From the NCBI GenBank assembly GCA_001938485.1, contig MQRK01217243.1, positions 52,097 through 113,562 of the forward strand: a stretch of DNA of 61,466 nucleotides, in the 5' to 3' direction. Positions 37,981 through 50,639 of this stretch are shown piece after piece. This stretch comes from Girardia tigrina (taxonomy: Eukaryota). The translations under genes and the position numbers were made by a program. The notes beneath the pieces were generated by a model, which made no database searches, was not told the origin of the DNA, and was given only the letters and a program-made list of their open reading frames with translations. How positions within the stretch are numbered: the first letter of the stretch is position 1; every line of letters begins with the position of its first letter.

Positions 37981-39205
37981 GTCTACATCTCTGGTCTCTT
38001 TTACATTTAACCTCACAGTATTTGTAAAATCCTACAACACGCATATCAATTTGAATTTTTTATGGAATCAGTAATATTCCATTGATTTTTATATTATTTT
38101 CAAATTTTAAATAATTATAATTAAATATATAAAAGCGGGGGCAATTTTCTGTCTAGACTTTCTTTCTTTTCTTTAAAAAACTTCTTCTTTTCCGTTGCGT
38201 ATTATCTTTATATTTAACAGACAAATAAGGTACAACAAATAAATAAATACATGACACAAAAAATTAATTCAACTTACATCGAAAAAATATGAAACAAAAC
38301 TAAAAATTTCTAATATCTAGAGAAAGTACGATAATACCCCACCGAGAAAAGCGTAACTACACTCATTAAATTATATAATTATATATATAAATATAATTAT
38401 TTTAACTATATAAAATCTGTGTATGACTGTAATTGGTAAACTACAATGTCGATTGATGTGGGCCTCAATTGGGGAATGACTCACGTAGCGTTTGAAGTGA
38501 TTAACCTGTCAAAAATCTTCCGAAAACTATCTTGAGAAAATTAAAGTGATGTTGGAAACTTTCTGTCATGAAGATTTAAGATGCATAAGATGCGCTTTTT
38601 CTGGTGCCTGATAATAGTACAACAAGTATGTTTGCAGAATTATATAGATCGTAAAATGTTCAGCTCATTATTTTTATCTCTAAACGAGAAAGAATAAGCA
38701 TTGAAAAATATGGTTAAACGCGTTTAATGATTGCTAACCGTTTACTCAAAATTATGAAACTAAACGTTTAAAGGGGCGTTTAAACGTTAAACGCACCTAC
38801 CCCTAATTGTGGATAACTGATAAAAACGGTTAAAACTTCGAACTTGTTAGTGCTGATAAAGGAACTCAGAAATTTAAAATTTTTCATAAATGCAATCATC
38901 TTATCATTAACGCTAAAAGTAATATTAGCAGAGTCTTTTATGTTGAGACGGACTTGTTTTATTTTTCCTAAAATATCGACAAGGTGGTCAAAATGTAAAC
39001 CTGACGCTCATCGAGGAGATATTCCGAATGTTCTATTAACATTTTGGCTTCGTGTAACCTAAAGTGATGCATACCACAAAAATTCTACAAAAAATCATCA
39101 ATTGATCTAAAATGTCATATAATTCTATTTCTTCAAATAAATGGTATATTGTGAATAAATTGAAATAAAATTGGTAAGTTATTAAAATCAAAACTTGAAA
39201 ACCAA

Positions 39206-39266
39206 TTGAAAACGTTAATTAATTTCGACGGTTTAACCGTCATCGTCAGAACAAATGATTTTTCAA
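39206..39266 (-). ncRNA. Minimal type I hammerhead ribozyme, intact core (mirror copy, AUU triplet)
   Basis: Reverse complement TGTTCTGACGATGACGGTTAAACCGTCGAAATTAATTAACG. Confidence 0.82.
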
Positions 39267-39360
39267 ACGAAATTTACTTATATAGTGCAGTTAATGATTA
39301 TGCAACCAATACGTAATCAGTACATCATTTGATTGCATAATCATTAACTGCAAATTTCGT

Positions 39361-39421
39361 TTGAAAAATCATTTGTTCTGACGATGACGGTTAAACCGTC
39401 GAAATTAATAAACGTTTTCAA
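39361..39421 (+). ncRNA. Minimal type I hammerhead ribozyme, intact core
   Basis: TGTT-CTGACGA-T-GACGGTT A AACCGTC-GAAA-TTAA-TA-AACG. Palindromic stem III, AUA cleavage triplet, stem I extended by TTGAAAA/TTTTCAA. Confidence 0.85.
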
Positions 39422-40299
39422 TTGACTTTCAAGTTTTGATTTTAATATGGTATATGTTTATAAAATTAATTGTAAGATGTTTGTCTCAAAAAATTTATTT
39501 TCTGTTAATGTGGTTTTCTGGAAAAAATCCAGTGGATGTTTAAATAATTGAAAGTAAATGTTGTAATTTTTTAAAGTGAGAATAAAAATATTCAAGATTC
39601 TTTTGTAATCAGTAAATTGAGTGGAATGAAATTATTTTTATCAAGTTGAATGCAAGTACTTAAACCAGTGCTAATATTAAAAGGAACAAATTTATATGGT
39701 ATCGAATCGGTTTTCAAACATTCATCAAACATTTCATCAAAAAATATCACGAAATATTTCTCCGAATCGAGTTTCAATTTGTATTTATTTAAATTAATTA
39801 ACGAAAATCGTTCGGATGAAATCAAAATTTTCGTTTTGAATATTTTCGAATGTTTCATTAGAGAATTTTATCGAAATTAATCGACAACAAAACTCAATCG
39901 ATTTTCGAACGAATTATGTTGAAAATCGTTTCTTTATCTGAGATTTCAGACGGTTAACATAAAACAATCGCTAGATTTCTTCGTAAATCATCTTCTAAAA
40001 TCAGTATAATCAGAAATTTGTGTAATGGAGAACGAGCAGATTTAAATTAAAGAATCGCATCCGATTAAAACGTCTGTGGAAGCCGAAAATTCATATTTCA
40101 AAAAATATTTCGACAAATTAAATAAATATTTCGATTTTGAAAGTATTTTGAATAATTGTGATGAGGAATTGAATAAATTCGTGGAATAAAATGAAATTTT
40201 GAAAATAAATGATATGAATTCAAAGAGCTTAATTTTGGGAAAATGTCTTTCTTTCATGGGGAAATTTGAAAATGCGACTCGCGAAAAGAAAAAAATTGA

Positions 40300-41915
40300 A
40301 TAATCTGAAAAAACTCAAAAAATTATGGCCCCAGCACCGAAATGTCAAGCCGTGTATCAACACTTGTATTAAAATTTATAGTAACTGGAAGCTTGTCAAA
40401 TATGCCTAAAATAGTCCTTTCATCTGAGAACAAAAATTTAGTACAGAAGTTTTCTAAGAATACTCACATCCGAATAAACGCCAATTGGCATTTATTTTTC
40501 TTTATATTTTTCTTTCCAAAAAATTAAAAATAACATTTTTAAGAAGGCTCTAGACTGTTTTTTTATTCTCTAAACATAAAAAATTTTTCATAAAGTTTCT
40601 TATTGCTAATGTCGACCACTTGCTAAAAGAATTCGAATTATTGAAAATTTTAAAACGTATAAAACTTTGTATAATTACTGTTAAAAACATTTTCTGATTA
40701 TACGTTGTGGGTGTTTATTTGAAAGAAAACTTAGTTCCTTTGCACCTAGATTTCCAGATTTTACGCTCTGTGTGTATGTTTATAAATTTCTTGTTTTAGC
40801 TGGACTCGTTCATTTTCCCAAAAAATATTTCAAAAACATTACAAGAGCTTTAAAAATACCTTAAACCTCACTCCACTGCATTTTGCATGATAAAAATCTA
40901 AAACCATATAGTTTTATTGAGAAACAAAGCTTGATTCAAACTAAATGGGCATGTTAGTTGACATATTGTGTTTATTGTGACAGTGAGAATCCACGATGTA
41001 TTATTGATATAGAAGTTAATATTCCTGGAGTCACAATCTCGTCTAGAATCAGTTGCAATGATCTAGTTGGTCCATGCTTCTTTGAAGGAGCAATTAATAT
41101 TGAACGTTATCTTGATATACTGAAGACTAAACTAAACCAAAACTAAGACTAACTTTTCTATTGTTTATACGTTCCGCAATTTCTGTGACTTTAATTTTTA
41201 AAATGATGGAGAACCTGCTGACTACATAGAAGATGTCAATTGTAAAATTCGGCAATTATAAAACATTTCCTGATCATTAGATTAGATGTTCGGACCAATC
41301 ACATGGTGGGCCAGATCCAAGTATCTGACGTTGCCTGATTTCTTTTTATGAGGATTCCTGAAGAACTTAGATTATGCTAATAGGCCCAGGCTATTTGGTC
41401 AACCAAAAAAAAGTATTCATCGCGAATTGAACCCAATTACAGAGAAAACCTGCTAGAAAGTATGTCTCAATGTTGTCCAGAGATGTCGAGTTGGAATTAC
41501 AGTTTAACGGATATATTTTTGAACATTTGTGAATATTAACTAGTAAATCAAAAAATTAAATTTTTTATATCCATTCTTTCTGCAGACAGAACTCTTCTTT
41601 GCCAACAAAGATTTTAAAATTTAAAAAATTTCAATTAAAAAACATTAAAAATTAATATAAACTACTTATAATTTATAAATAGATATCTTGCAATTAATAT
41701 TTTTCGATAACTCCGAATTTTCCGTTATTTCCCATTTTAAAATCTTAAGATTTTCTTGATCAAATTTTTACATAATCATTTATTGTCACCGAGAATGAGT
41801 AAATCTGCTAAGTTTGAAGAAAATCGATTGAGTAGAAGGCCTTCAAAAACAGATTTCTAAATTCTATGGATATATATATATATATACCTATATAGAAAGT
41901 AAGTTAATAAAAAGA
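40300..41915 (+). mobile_element. Highly degenerate Tc1/mariner (DD37D-like) element
   Basis: LVLKFIVTGSL, LNGHV..CVYCDSENP, VGPCFFEGAINIERYLDILK, WWARSKYLTLPDFFL*G; 3' end repeated at 18320 and 28245. Confidence 0.7.
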
Positions 41916-42322
41916 ATTGACAAACACCCATTAAATTTGATTTTTATATTTTATTTTTATTTCAATTTAGAATTAGATTTCATTTTGAGACAGTGGGGAA
42001 TTTAAATCTTATTTTGCTTATGTTTTCATGTAGATCATATTATAGGAGGAAAAAATTTCAAGGTTTAAAATAATTATTTCTTGGATCTCTGAATTGTTTG
42101 GGAAGTTAGATATAGCAATCCGCTAAATAATATTTTGTTTTTAAATCCTTCATTTAAATTGTTTTTTTTGAAATAGTGACGGGTATAGGAAAGTGTTTTG
42201 ATTATTTAATCATATTTCTTGTGATTTGGAATGGCTTTAGAAAGTTCTTTCAAGGAAATTGGTTCACAGATATCTGATTGCAGATATGATGATATAGAGT
42301 TTGAACAAAATGCAGAATATAA

Positions 42323-43688
42323 TGGTGACCCGCCAAAATAGCGAACGACAAAATAGCGCCGAAAAAAATAGCGCCGACAAAATAGGGCCGACAAAATAGC
42401 ACTGACCAAATATCACCGACATAATAGCGCCATCCATTGTTTTTTTTATTTCCATTTAACTAAAGTAAAAAATAACTTCCCATATTGAGTATAGGGCAAT
42501 CTATCTCTAATAACATTCAATGTTTTGCATGATTAAATTTTTTAAATAAAAGTTTATAAATTTTATAATTGTATTTATAAAAAATATAAAATATATTGAT
42601 CAAGGCACGTTAATTGATTCAGCAAGGGGAGTAAGCTAATCAAATTTACGGCCATTAGGCCGCACCTAGAGTAACCGAGTCCAGTATGTTCCCAAATTTC
42701 AACTCGGATCCCGCGGTAGCCAAAAAATTCAATTTTTGCACTTGGACCGCATTACGAGTCACCGATTTCAGCCCGCGCCCGAATTTCAGAGACCAGTAGT
42801 CAGGGTAAGACCTATGGTGTTTCTGCCCGCCTGTCCGAACACCATGCGATAGACCTGCACCATGGCGACTCACCGCTCGCCATCGGTCCTCTCTGAGCAC
42901 TCCATGTCGCCTTTGCTGCCCTGATGTCCTTTGAGCCCCGCACACACCGCAAGCTCAATGAACACCTAATGTTTTGATCGTTTCCGCGACGACCACTAGC
43001 AGCTATTTCACGTTACCCGAGAAGTGCGAATCAAACAGACCATCCTTGACATTGCACGCACCATCGGCAACTTGCAGTAGAACAAGCCAGCTTCATGCTA
43101 CAAATCGCTCTCCGTTTCTTGTTCGTCCACGACTCGCCTCCCAATTATTTCCATGTCCACCTCATCCTCAAACATGCTGTCACCATGTTCCTACGTTTGT
43201 TCTAATAATTGTAGCCAAACCCGGGCGCTTTCACCGCGCACACTGGCTTCCTGAGTACCCGCCAGCCTAGCACGAGCGCCATAAACGCCCTTTCTTCCAC
43301 GTTCTCTGCCACCAGCACGAATGGCCCACGTTATACTCTCCGAGAACAGAATATATGCGTCCAGGAACTCGAACCTCGCGTCACTGTCTGCTCTGATAAA
43401 ACACGGTGAGATGCTTCCACGATTGAACCTCATCAGCGTCCTGGCATTCTCAACCGCCGTCCATTCCGATCTTCTGAATCCCCTTCGAGATCAAACCGCC
43501 GACCCGCCCGTCCAGTTCGTCTAAATTGCCAGTTCTAGGCGATCTCCTTGGGCGCTCCCCATCGGAAATCGATTGAATTGGCGTCTTTGTTAATTTTCCC
43601 CAATCTGTACTTATAATACACAACAAGTAGTATACAAAGCCAAAATTTTAATATTTAATAAATATTAGTGCTATTGTGTCGGGGAACC
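42323..43688. mobile_element. MULE-like TIR element enclosing the Hsp60 fragment
   Basis: Left end GGTGACCCGCCAAAATAGCG plus ~7 tandem 15-bp CCGACAAAATAGCG units (42323-42430); right end GTGCTATTGTGTCGGGGAACC is the inverted counterpart. No clean TSD. Confidence 0.55.
42700..43560 (-). pseudogene. HSPD1: Mitochondrial chaperonin Hsp60/GroEL pseudogene fragment, intronless, with internal deletions
   Basis: Colinear motifs across frames: PKEIA*, DGRVGGLISKGIQKIGMDG, MRFNRGSISPCFI...EFLDAYILFSE (cf. MKFDRGYISPYFI...EFQDAYVLLSE), VLVAENVEERAFMALVL, VCAVKAPGFG, QVADGACNVKDG, KSVTRNAVQ. Confidence 0.88.
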
Positions 43689-44574
43689 AGAGAATGATTT
43701 GTTGAAGTTTGTCAGCAAGATAAGTTTTTAAAGAGCAAATTTGTGTCTGGAATAATACAAATACTAAACATATTTTATAATGAAACTGTTGTTAAGAGAT
43801 AATATCCCTTTTATAGGATAAGTCAGTTCGATTCAAGTTCAAATTTCAACAGATTTATTTACGTCGAGATAGAAAAGTACGCATATTTTGGATTGTGTTA
43901 TGATAGTTGTAGTGAATAGAAAAAATAATCAAAAATAACTTTTTTAATAACAAAAACGATAAAAAAATATGAACGACTGATCGGAAATGAAAATGTGTGG
44001 CGGTGATGTGGAGCGAGAATAAATAAAAATTATGAATGAAAAAAAATGCCGGACAATTTTGTTTATTAGAATTAAATAAATATATTTTTTGAACACGAAT
44101 TTGAATTTTGATATGTTACGAATGACTGAATCGAACTCACTCACGTTCCCAAATTATTTCAAAGCGGTTATTTCTCAACCGCCACCGGTTCTATTGGAGT
44201 TTTATTTAAACTCTGATGAACACGCGCATTCGGATGAATTAGCGGCGACGAACAATCTAGAAATCGATTCTCGCGACATCGGAGCGAACGAGAGATTCTG
44301 TGCGTTTTGCCGACTTATCGAGCTCGATCCAGCATATCACTGCTCGGCTCGCGGCACTTTGGTTATTGACCGCGGCAATTCAAGCTGCTTCGCATGTGGC
44401 CGCCCGATTCTGATTGATGATGCGTCATCCAAATATGGTAATTTAATTTTTACCGGAGCCAGTCTTGCTCATCGATCTTCCCAGCGGAAACAGCATGGTT
44501 CCAAGCGTTCGTGCGCGTGCAAATTCCAATTAATGAAGTTTTTTATTATATTCGATATTTTCTTCCTTTCTTTA

Positions 44575-44860
44575 ACAGGGACATATTTAATATTTTATGT
44601 TTGAATGTTGTGTGTTGATTTGGAATTGAGTCTCTCTTACCCAGATGGCTGATTAATAACTTAATTCATGTTGTATATAATGTTGAAATTTATTTCTAAT
44701 TTTAAAAGATTGTAAAATTTTAAATACGTTAATAAAATACGTTCATAAAATAAATTAATATTTTTTAAATAATTAACATTCATTTTAATTTTTAACCACT
44801 AAAATTTTTAGTAAATATTTTAACGGATTATTCAATCTCCATTTAGTCAGATAATAAAAT
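44575..44860 (+). mobile_element. Diverged solo LTR of the 55150 family
   Basis: TGTTGATTTGGAATTGAGTCTCTCTTACCCAGATGGCTGATT matches the LTR core; boundaries approximate. Confidence 0.6.
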
Positions 44861-46744
44861 TAAAGTATATTGTCAATTAAAAGGATGCAAGTATACGAAA
44901 GCTTTGACTAACTTGTAATATCAATAAAAATATTGAAAACCATATGGGTGTTCTTAATATGCAAAATTATTCCGATTAAAACCGACCTGAAATCTGAATG
45001 TAGAAATCGGTTGCAAAGGTTAAAATTGATTTTACAGCACATGACGAAACATTTATTCTAATATTATCCTTTAAACATTTTAGGTGTTTTTTTCTATATA
45101 CATTCTTGTATTTGAACAGAGACTTGATATTTTAGAAATACTGCATTAAAATTTGTAAAATTGAGGAAGTTATAAGAAATTATTTTATAATTTAAATATA
45201 TAAATTAATATCAAACATACATCAATTCTTCATATTAAAAAATATGTTTATTATTATCACATAAAAAATATAATTATTTCTACAAGTTTCCAATAAAACG
45301 TAAATTTTGCAAAACTCCAGCCTGCATCAAAGAAATAAAAATGAAAACAATCAATATACACAGAATGTTCAAATGGGACTTTTCCAGGGGGAGTGACAAC
45401 AGTTTGGCCTAAATTATAATTTTTATTAATTTATTTATATAATTTTCATTAATTATACAATATGACAAATTAATTGAATAACGTAAAACGTTCTTACAGA
45501 AAACGTTACTCATTCCGTACAGAAATACTATTAGACATATGAATTCATTTATTATTTATTTATTATACCAATAATGTTAAAAAATAATATATAAAGAATA
45601 ATATCTTATAGATATGACCAATAAAAATGTAATTATCAAATTATAATTTATTATTTGGAGAACAAATTCCCATCTTTCAGAAAAGTATATCTTACAGCCT
45701 GCTGGGTTCTTAATCAAGAATTGAATTCATTAAAACACAAAACTTTATTTTCCTAACAATTAACAATTATTTAAACAATTTTTGTTGAGGAACCCTTCTT
45801 TTATTTTCTTTTCGACCAGATTCATTATACATAAAAATACTGAATTATAAATACTGATAAGTTATTTATTAAAATTGTTTTTTTACAAATTGAATTTATT
45901 ATTTTATTTTCTTTTTAGTTACAATAATTTTACAGAAAGGCATTCAATATTTTATAAAATTTAATTTAAAATGAATTTCAAAATCTCTAAAATTTAAGTA
46001 CAAATAATTCTCAATAATAATTCTCACATTTCAAAAATCAACTTTTTTTACAAATTAATTATTTGACGAATAATTTAAAACTTACATTTTTAACAAATAA
46101 AATTTCACAAAAGTATTTTGAGATGTACTTCTTTTTAATTAATTAGAGGTATTTTTAATTATAATTCTTGTCAAAAACTTTTGATTTTGGATATTTTCTT
46201 ACTTTCAATATTCAAAAATTTTAAGAGTGTGTCAGATCCTCACACAGTCAAAGTAGACGTCCCGAAGATTCCACAGAATCATTTGATTCAAAAAACTCTA
46301 CTATATTTACATTTATCGTATTGGAATTCGTTTCAACCTCAATTATTAGTATCTAATCTATTAACTGTTAGTTGTATTGGGGGTTTCTAGATTTGTTATT
46401 GTAGTGCACGCAATTTCAACATTTAATTATAATTTAATTTAAATTTTAAATTAATTTACTTAATGCCACCCGGCGGAATTTGAAATATGATTGGTGCGGC
46501 AGCAGCGCAGTGGAAGCTTATATCATCTCCGCGGGTCATCAAGGAGATGGAAGTGGGTTCGATAATGATGTTCTCTAATTTATTATTATTATTGTTTTTA
46601 TCTCTATCATCGTTACTGTTAATTTTATCCTTATTGCTTTTATTTTTATTATTTTTATTTTTGTTAATTCTTTCACTATTATTTTTACTATTATCTTTAC
46701 GGTTATTTTTATTATTATTTTTACATTTGCTGATATCTATTTTA

Positions 46745-46792
<48 letters not shown>

Positions 46793-47564
46793 TCTTGTGA
46801 NNNNNNNNNNNNNNNNNNNNNNNNNNNNNNNNNNNNNNNNNNNNNNNNNNNNNNNNNNNNNNNNNNNNNNNNNNNNNNNNNNNNNNNNNNNNNNNNNNNN
46901 NNNNNNNNNNNNNNNNNNNNNNNNNNNNNNNNNNNNNNNNNNNNNNNNNNNNNNNNNNNNNNNNNNNNNNNNNNNNNNNNNNNNNNNNNNNNNNNNNNNN
47001 NNNNNNNNNNNNNNNNNNNNNNNNNNNNNNNNNNNNNNNNNNNNNNNNNNNNNNNNNNNNNNNNNNNNNNNNNNNNNNNNNNNNNNNNNNNNNNNNNNNN
47101 NNNNGTTATTTCAATACTTAAAATTTTTAATTAAAAAACTTTTGCCATATTACCCAATAATACTTTGATAAATAAAAATGTTTAATTTCTTTGTTACCAT
47201 TTAAAGTAAATTGTATTTATTAATTATTTATTCATTTATATGCTTGTTACATTTTCGGCATAACTTAGAACCTGCAGTTGAAGTTTTTTCGGAATTATTT
47301 TGATTGTTATTTACGTTTTCGTATCCGTCAATTTCCAATGAGCTTTTATCAGTAATTTTACTTCTCTTAACAAAACATTCATTTTTTATTGGAGTACCAA
47401 AATCGGTTGTACCCAGTCGCTTATACTTTTCTCCCTCATTATCAAAATATTTAGAATTCAATTTCAGTATTAAATTAACTTTATTGATTTATTAACATTG
47501 ACAATTAACCAATTACGGAGTTTCCGTGAGCAATTTAAAATAAAACTAACATTTAAAACAAACT

Positions 47565-47614
<50 letters not shown>

Positions 47615-48099
47615 TTTTATCATTAAATTAAATTAAGATCTTTTTGACTTTATAAAAAAATATTTAAGATATTATTTTTTCTTTTTAACTTAATTTACAT
47701 TAATTTACGAAAACATAAAAATTTACTTTATTTTAGATTCCTAAATTTAACGAAATTCTAAATTTATTGAAACATAAAATTAACTTATTTAAATTCTAAT
47801 CTTAACGAAACCGAACAATGATTTTTCTTTAATATATGTTTTTTTAAATCTAATTAGTATTTTTTATGTCCCCCATCTTGTTAATCATCGCAACCGGGGG
47901 CCGAAAATAAATGTTAAACAAAAAACGCAATTGAAAAAATTCAATATACAATTTTGTTTTAATAAACAAAATTTTGGTAGTTTTTTAATTCAATAAAGAT
48001 TTTTGAGTAAAAGAATTTTTTCTTTTTATTTTTACACACAAAAGTTATATTTAATAATATATTTACAATACTAAGGAATTTAAAAAATAATGGCAATTT

Positions 48100-48540
48100 A
48101 TATTCATTATTAAAAAGTGAACGCCATTTTTCACAATTTATTTTCGTAATTAATTTCGGCGGATTACCCGCCATCTTCAGACTAANNNNNNNNNNNNNNN
48201 NNNNNNNNNNNNNNNNNNNNNNNNNNNNNNNNNNNNNNNNNNNNNNNNNNNNNNNNNNNNNNNNNNNNNNNNNNNNNNNNNNNNNNNNNNNNNNNNNNNN
48301 NNNNNNNNNNNNNNNNNNNNNNNNNNNNNNNNNNNNNNNNNNNNNNNNNNNNNNNNNNNNNNNNNNNNNNAGAATTTTAAAATCATTTTCTCCGATTTTC
48401 TTTTTACATTTTAAATTATGTTCGGCAATATTGCTCCCATTATCCAACCGACTATGCTCTTTGATCCGTTTGCAGAGATGACGAGATATTTACAATAGTC
48501 GTATAAATAAGGAACATAATTATTTATACTTGTTTTTTAC
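48100..48540 (-). mobile_element. Penelope-like element 3' relic: GIY-YIG endonuclease followed by hammerhead
   Basis: SRHLCKRIKEHSRLDNGSNIAEHNLKCKKKIGENDFKIL, then a gap, then the hammerhead and AAATGGCGTTC. Confidence 0.8.
48145..48183 (-). ncRNA. Minimal type I hammerhead ribozyme, intact core
   Basis: GT-CTGAAGA-T-GGCGGG TAA TCCGCC-GAAA-TTAA-TT-AC. Confidence 0.8.
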
Positions 48541-48759
48541 TATAATTAATCATTTAAATTAACTTCAAAATCAATTTTAATTCAAAATTTACTAAATTAA
48601 TTATTTAGAAAATTTTAGATTATTAATTTCAGTTAATTAATAAGTAAAAAAGTTAACTTCTTTCAATTTTTTTTAGATTTATAGTAACTACTGCATAGTG
48701 TAGTAAAAAATGCCGATAGTAATTTAGCATTTATAGTTTTCAAATTTTGTCTACTTTTG

Positions 48760-48830
48760 ATAAGCGCTGTTTTGGGAATCGCTGTTTGGGAAAGCTCTGT
48801 TTTAGGAAGCGCTTTTTTGGGGATATACCA
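48760..48830. repeat. Tandem ~15-bp subterminal repeats of a MULE-like end (opposite-orientation copy at 52669-52720)
   Basis: GCGCTGTTTTGGGAA-type units ending GGGGATATACCA; TGGTATTTCCCCAAAACAG at 52669. Confidence 0.55.
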
Positions 48831-49795
48831 ATGTGGATGAGTTCAAATCTTCCACAAATAGAACCTTATCAATTTTAAAAAATATTTTTTTATTTTTCCG
48901 TCGAATTTTGAACTTGATTATGATTGGCTGTACTATTGATTATCGTTGCTAAAACTCATTAATTAATATCTGAAATCGGACAAGTAAAGCAGTCTTAATA
49001 GTAAATATTGCAATTAATTTATAAAAAAAATTACAATGGAAATAATAATTTGAATTATCATAAAAATACATTTAAATAAAATTCATCAGTATACAGTTTC
49101 TTTATATTTTTAAATACTAAATGAATATATTTAAATAATAAGCATTTTACCAATAAATCATTGGATAAAAATGAATTTATTTGATAATTTTTAAAAATTA
49201 AGTATAAATAAACTAAAAGCAATCTCACACATTAAACATTGCTATTTGAGAAAACGATATTTTTACACTATTATTCCATACTTTAACGGATAGCAGCAAC
49301 ATATGATAAAGATGACTGCCAGCCAACCAAGAGCAAATCTATGAGATGAAAGTGATTGTCATTTCATTGCCATTCATATGACAATTGTTAAGTAGATTTA
49401 AGAAAAAAATATTTTCCCGTCTTTTAGAGTTCGTAATTATTTACTAGTTTTTATCTCTTTTTTTGTCATAATTTATCCCAATATTTCTTAGATCTGTCAT
49501 TATTACATTTTCTGATTCGGAAATATTTATTAAGATAACATAATAATAATGATAATAATAAATCGCCAATGTTACCTTTGATTTATAACCAATTGTATAA
49601 AGAAGAAACGAATCTAATTCCTTTCTTTTTTCTTTGCGATATCCGAAAACAGACATGTGCATGGCCCAATCTTTGAAGTAGGTTATCGTATTATTTAATT
49701 TGACACACTAAAATTATTTATCAATAATTTTATTATTATGTTGTGACCAATATTATCAAGAATAAACAATGTCATTTAGAAAATATTATTATTAA

Positions 49796-50030
49796 CCCTA
49801 CAATGCGCAATTTTTTTAATTATCATAAAAAAACTGAACTGTATTACAACAAACTGAACTGTCATTTTTGTTGACAAAATATATTGCATCTATGACTTTA
49901 TGGGCAGTTATCATTCCATAGACAATGTTTTTGGTTCACAGTATGTAAACACTCAAAGAATATCACGTGATTAAAAGATATTGAGGTAAAATATGGTTGA
50001 TTCAAATATGAATCACGGCGCATTGTAGGG
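49796..50030. mobile_element. piggyBac-type MITE (235 bp)
   Basis: TTAA|CCCTACAATGCGC ... GCGCATTGTAGGG|TTAA: perfect 13-bp TIR and TTAA TSD. Confidence 0.9.
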
Positions 50031-50639
50031 TTAAAATTTCTTGTATGAATGAGTAATTGACGAAATGATCCAGTCATAAACTAACGCATTTACTAGTTAT
50101 AAACTGCGTAGTGCTAACTATGGAAATTTGTACAACCCCCTTCTCTTCGAGATAGACCGTAGTAAAATATGTACCATCTCCTGCTCGCCCCCTTTTTAAT
50201 TACGCAACAAAACATTTTTTTGAAAAATTTATTCAAATTTCAAAATTAAACAATTTTTTTCCTTTATTTATGTTTTCAGTTATTTATATAAAACTAAATG
50301 TACATCCACAAAATTCTTTTTATTTGGTTAATCTTGTTTTTCCTTTAATAATCCCTTCTATGACATCTCTCTTGATCTTGATGAAGTTATTGTAAGTAAA
50401 TGTGTACTTATATATTTTTTTACTTATGTACCTTGCTTAATTTCAATCTCTACTGCATTAATAAGTGAAATATATTTGTATTTAGTATATGATCACCTAT
50501 ATGTATATAAAAAGAGGGCGTTTTTCCGATTTATTAAGAATTTTTTAAGACTTACAAAATTAGGTAATTAAAATAGGATGTTGTATCAATAGAATATATA
50601 GGTAAGATATTATTAGAAAATGTTACAAATACAGAAAAA

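Larger units (their letters stand above)
39180..39447. repeat. Near-perfect 268-bp foldback made of two inverted Penelope-type terminal segments
   Basis: Arms of ~120-130 bp are reverse complements with few mismatches and one ~11-nt indel; each arm carries a hammerhead. Confidence 0.9.

Noticed and set aside
42323-42430. Regular short repeats resembling a CRISPR array (also 18017-18125 and 48760-48830)
   Set aside because: Head-to-tail ~15-bp units without unique spacers, eukaryotic context, no cas genes; typical TE subterminal repeats.
46487-47168. Long hydrophobic or X-containing ORFs (also 33793-34810 and 47959-48447)
   Set aside because: Artefacts of N gaps, (TA)n and T-rich low-complexity sequence.
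49230-49700. Possible minus-strand exons (YFKDWAMHMSVFGYRK..., TM-like FALGWLAVIFIICCC)
   Set aside because: The candidate donor and acceptor phases do not join into an open frame and no family was recognised.
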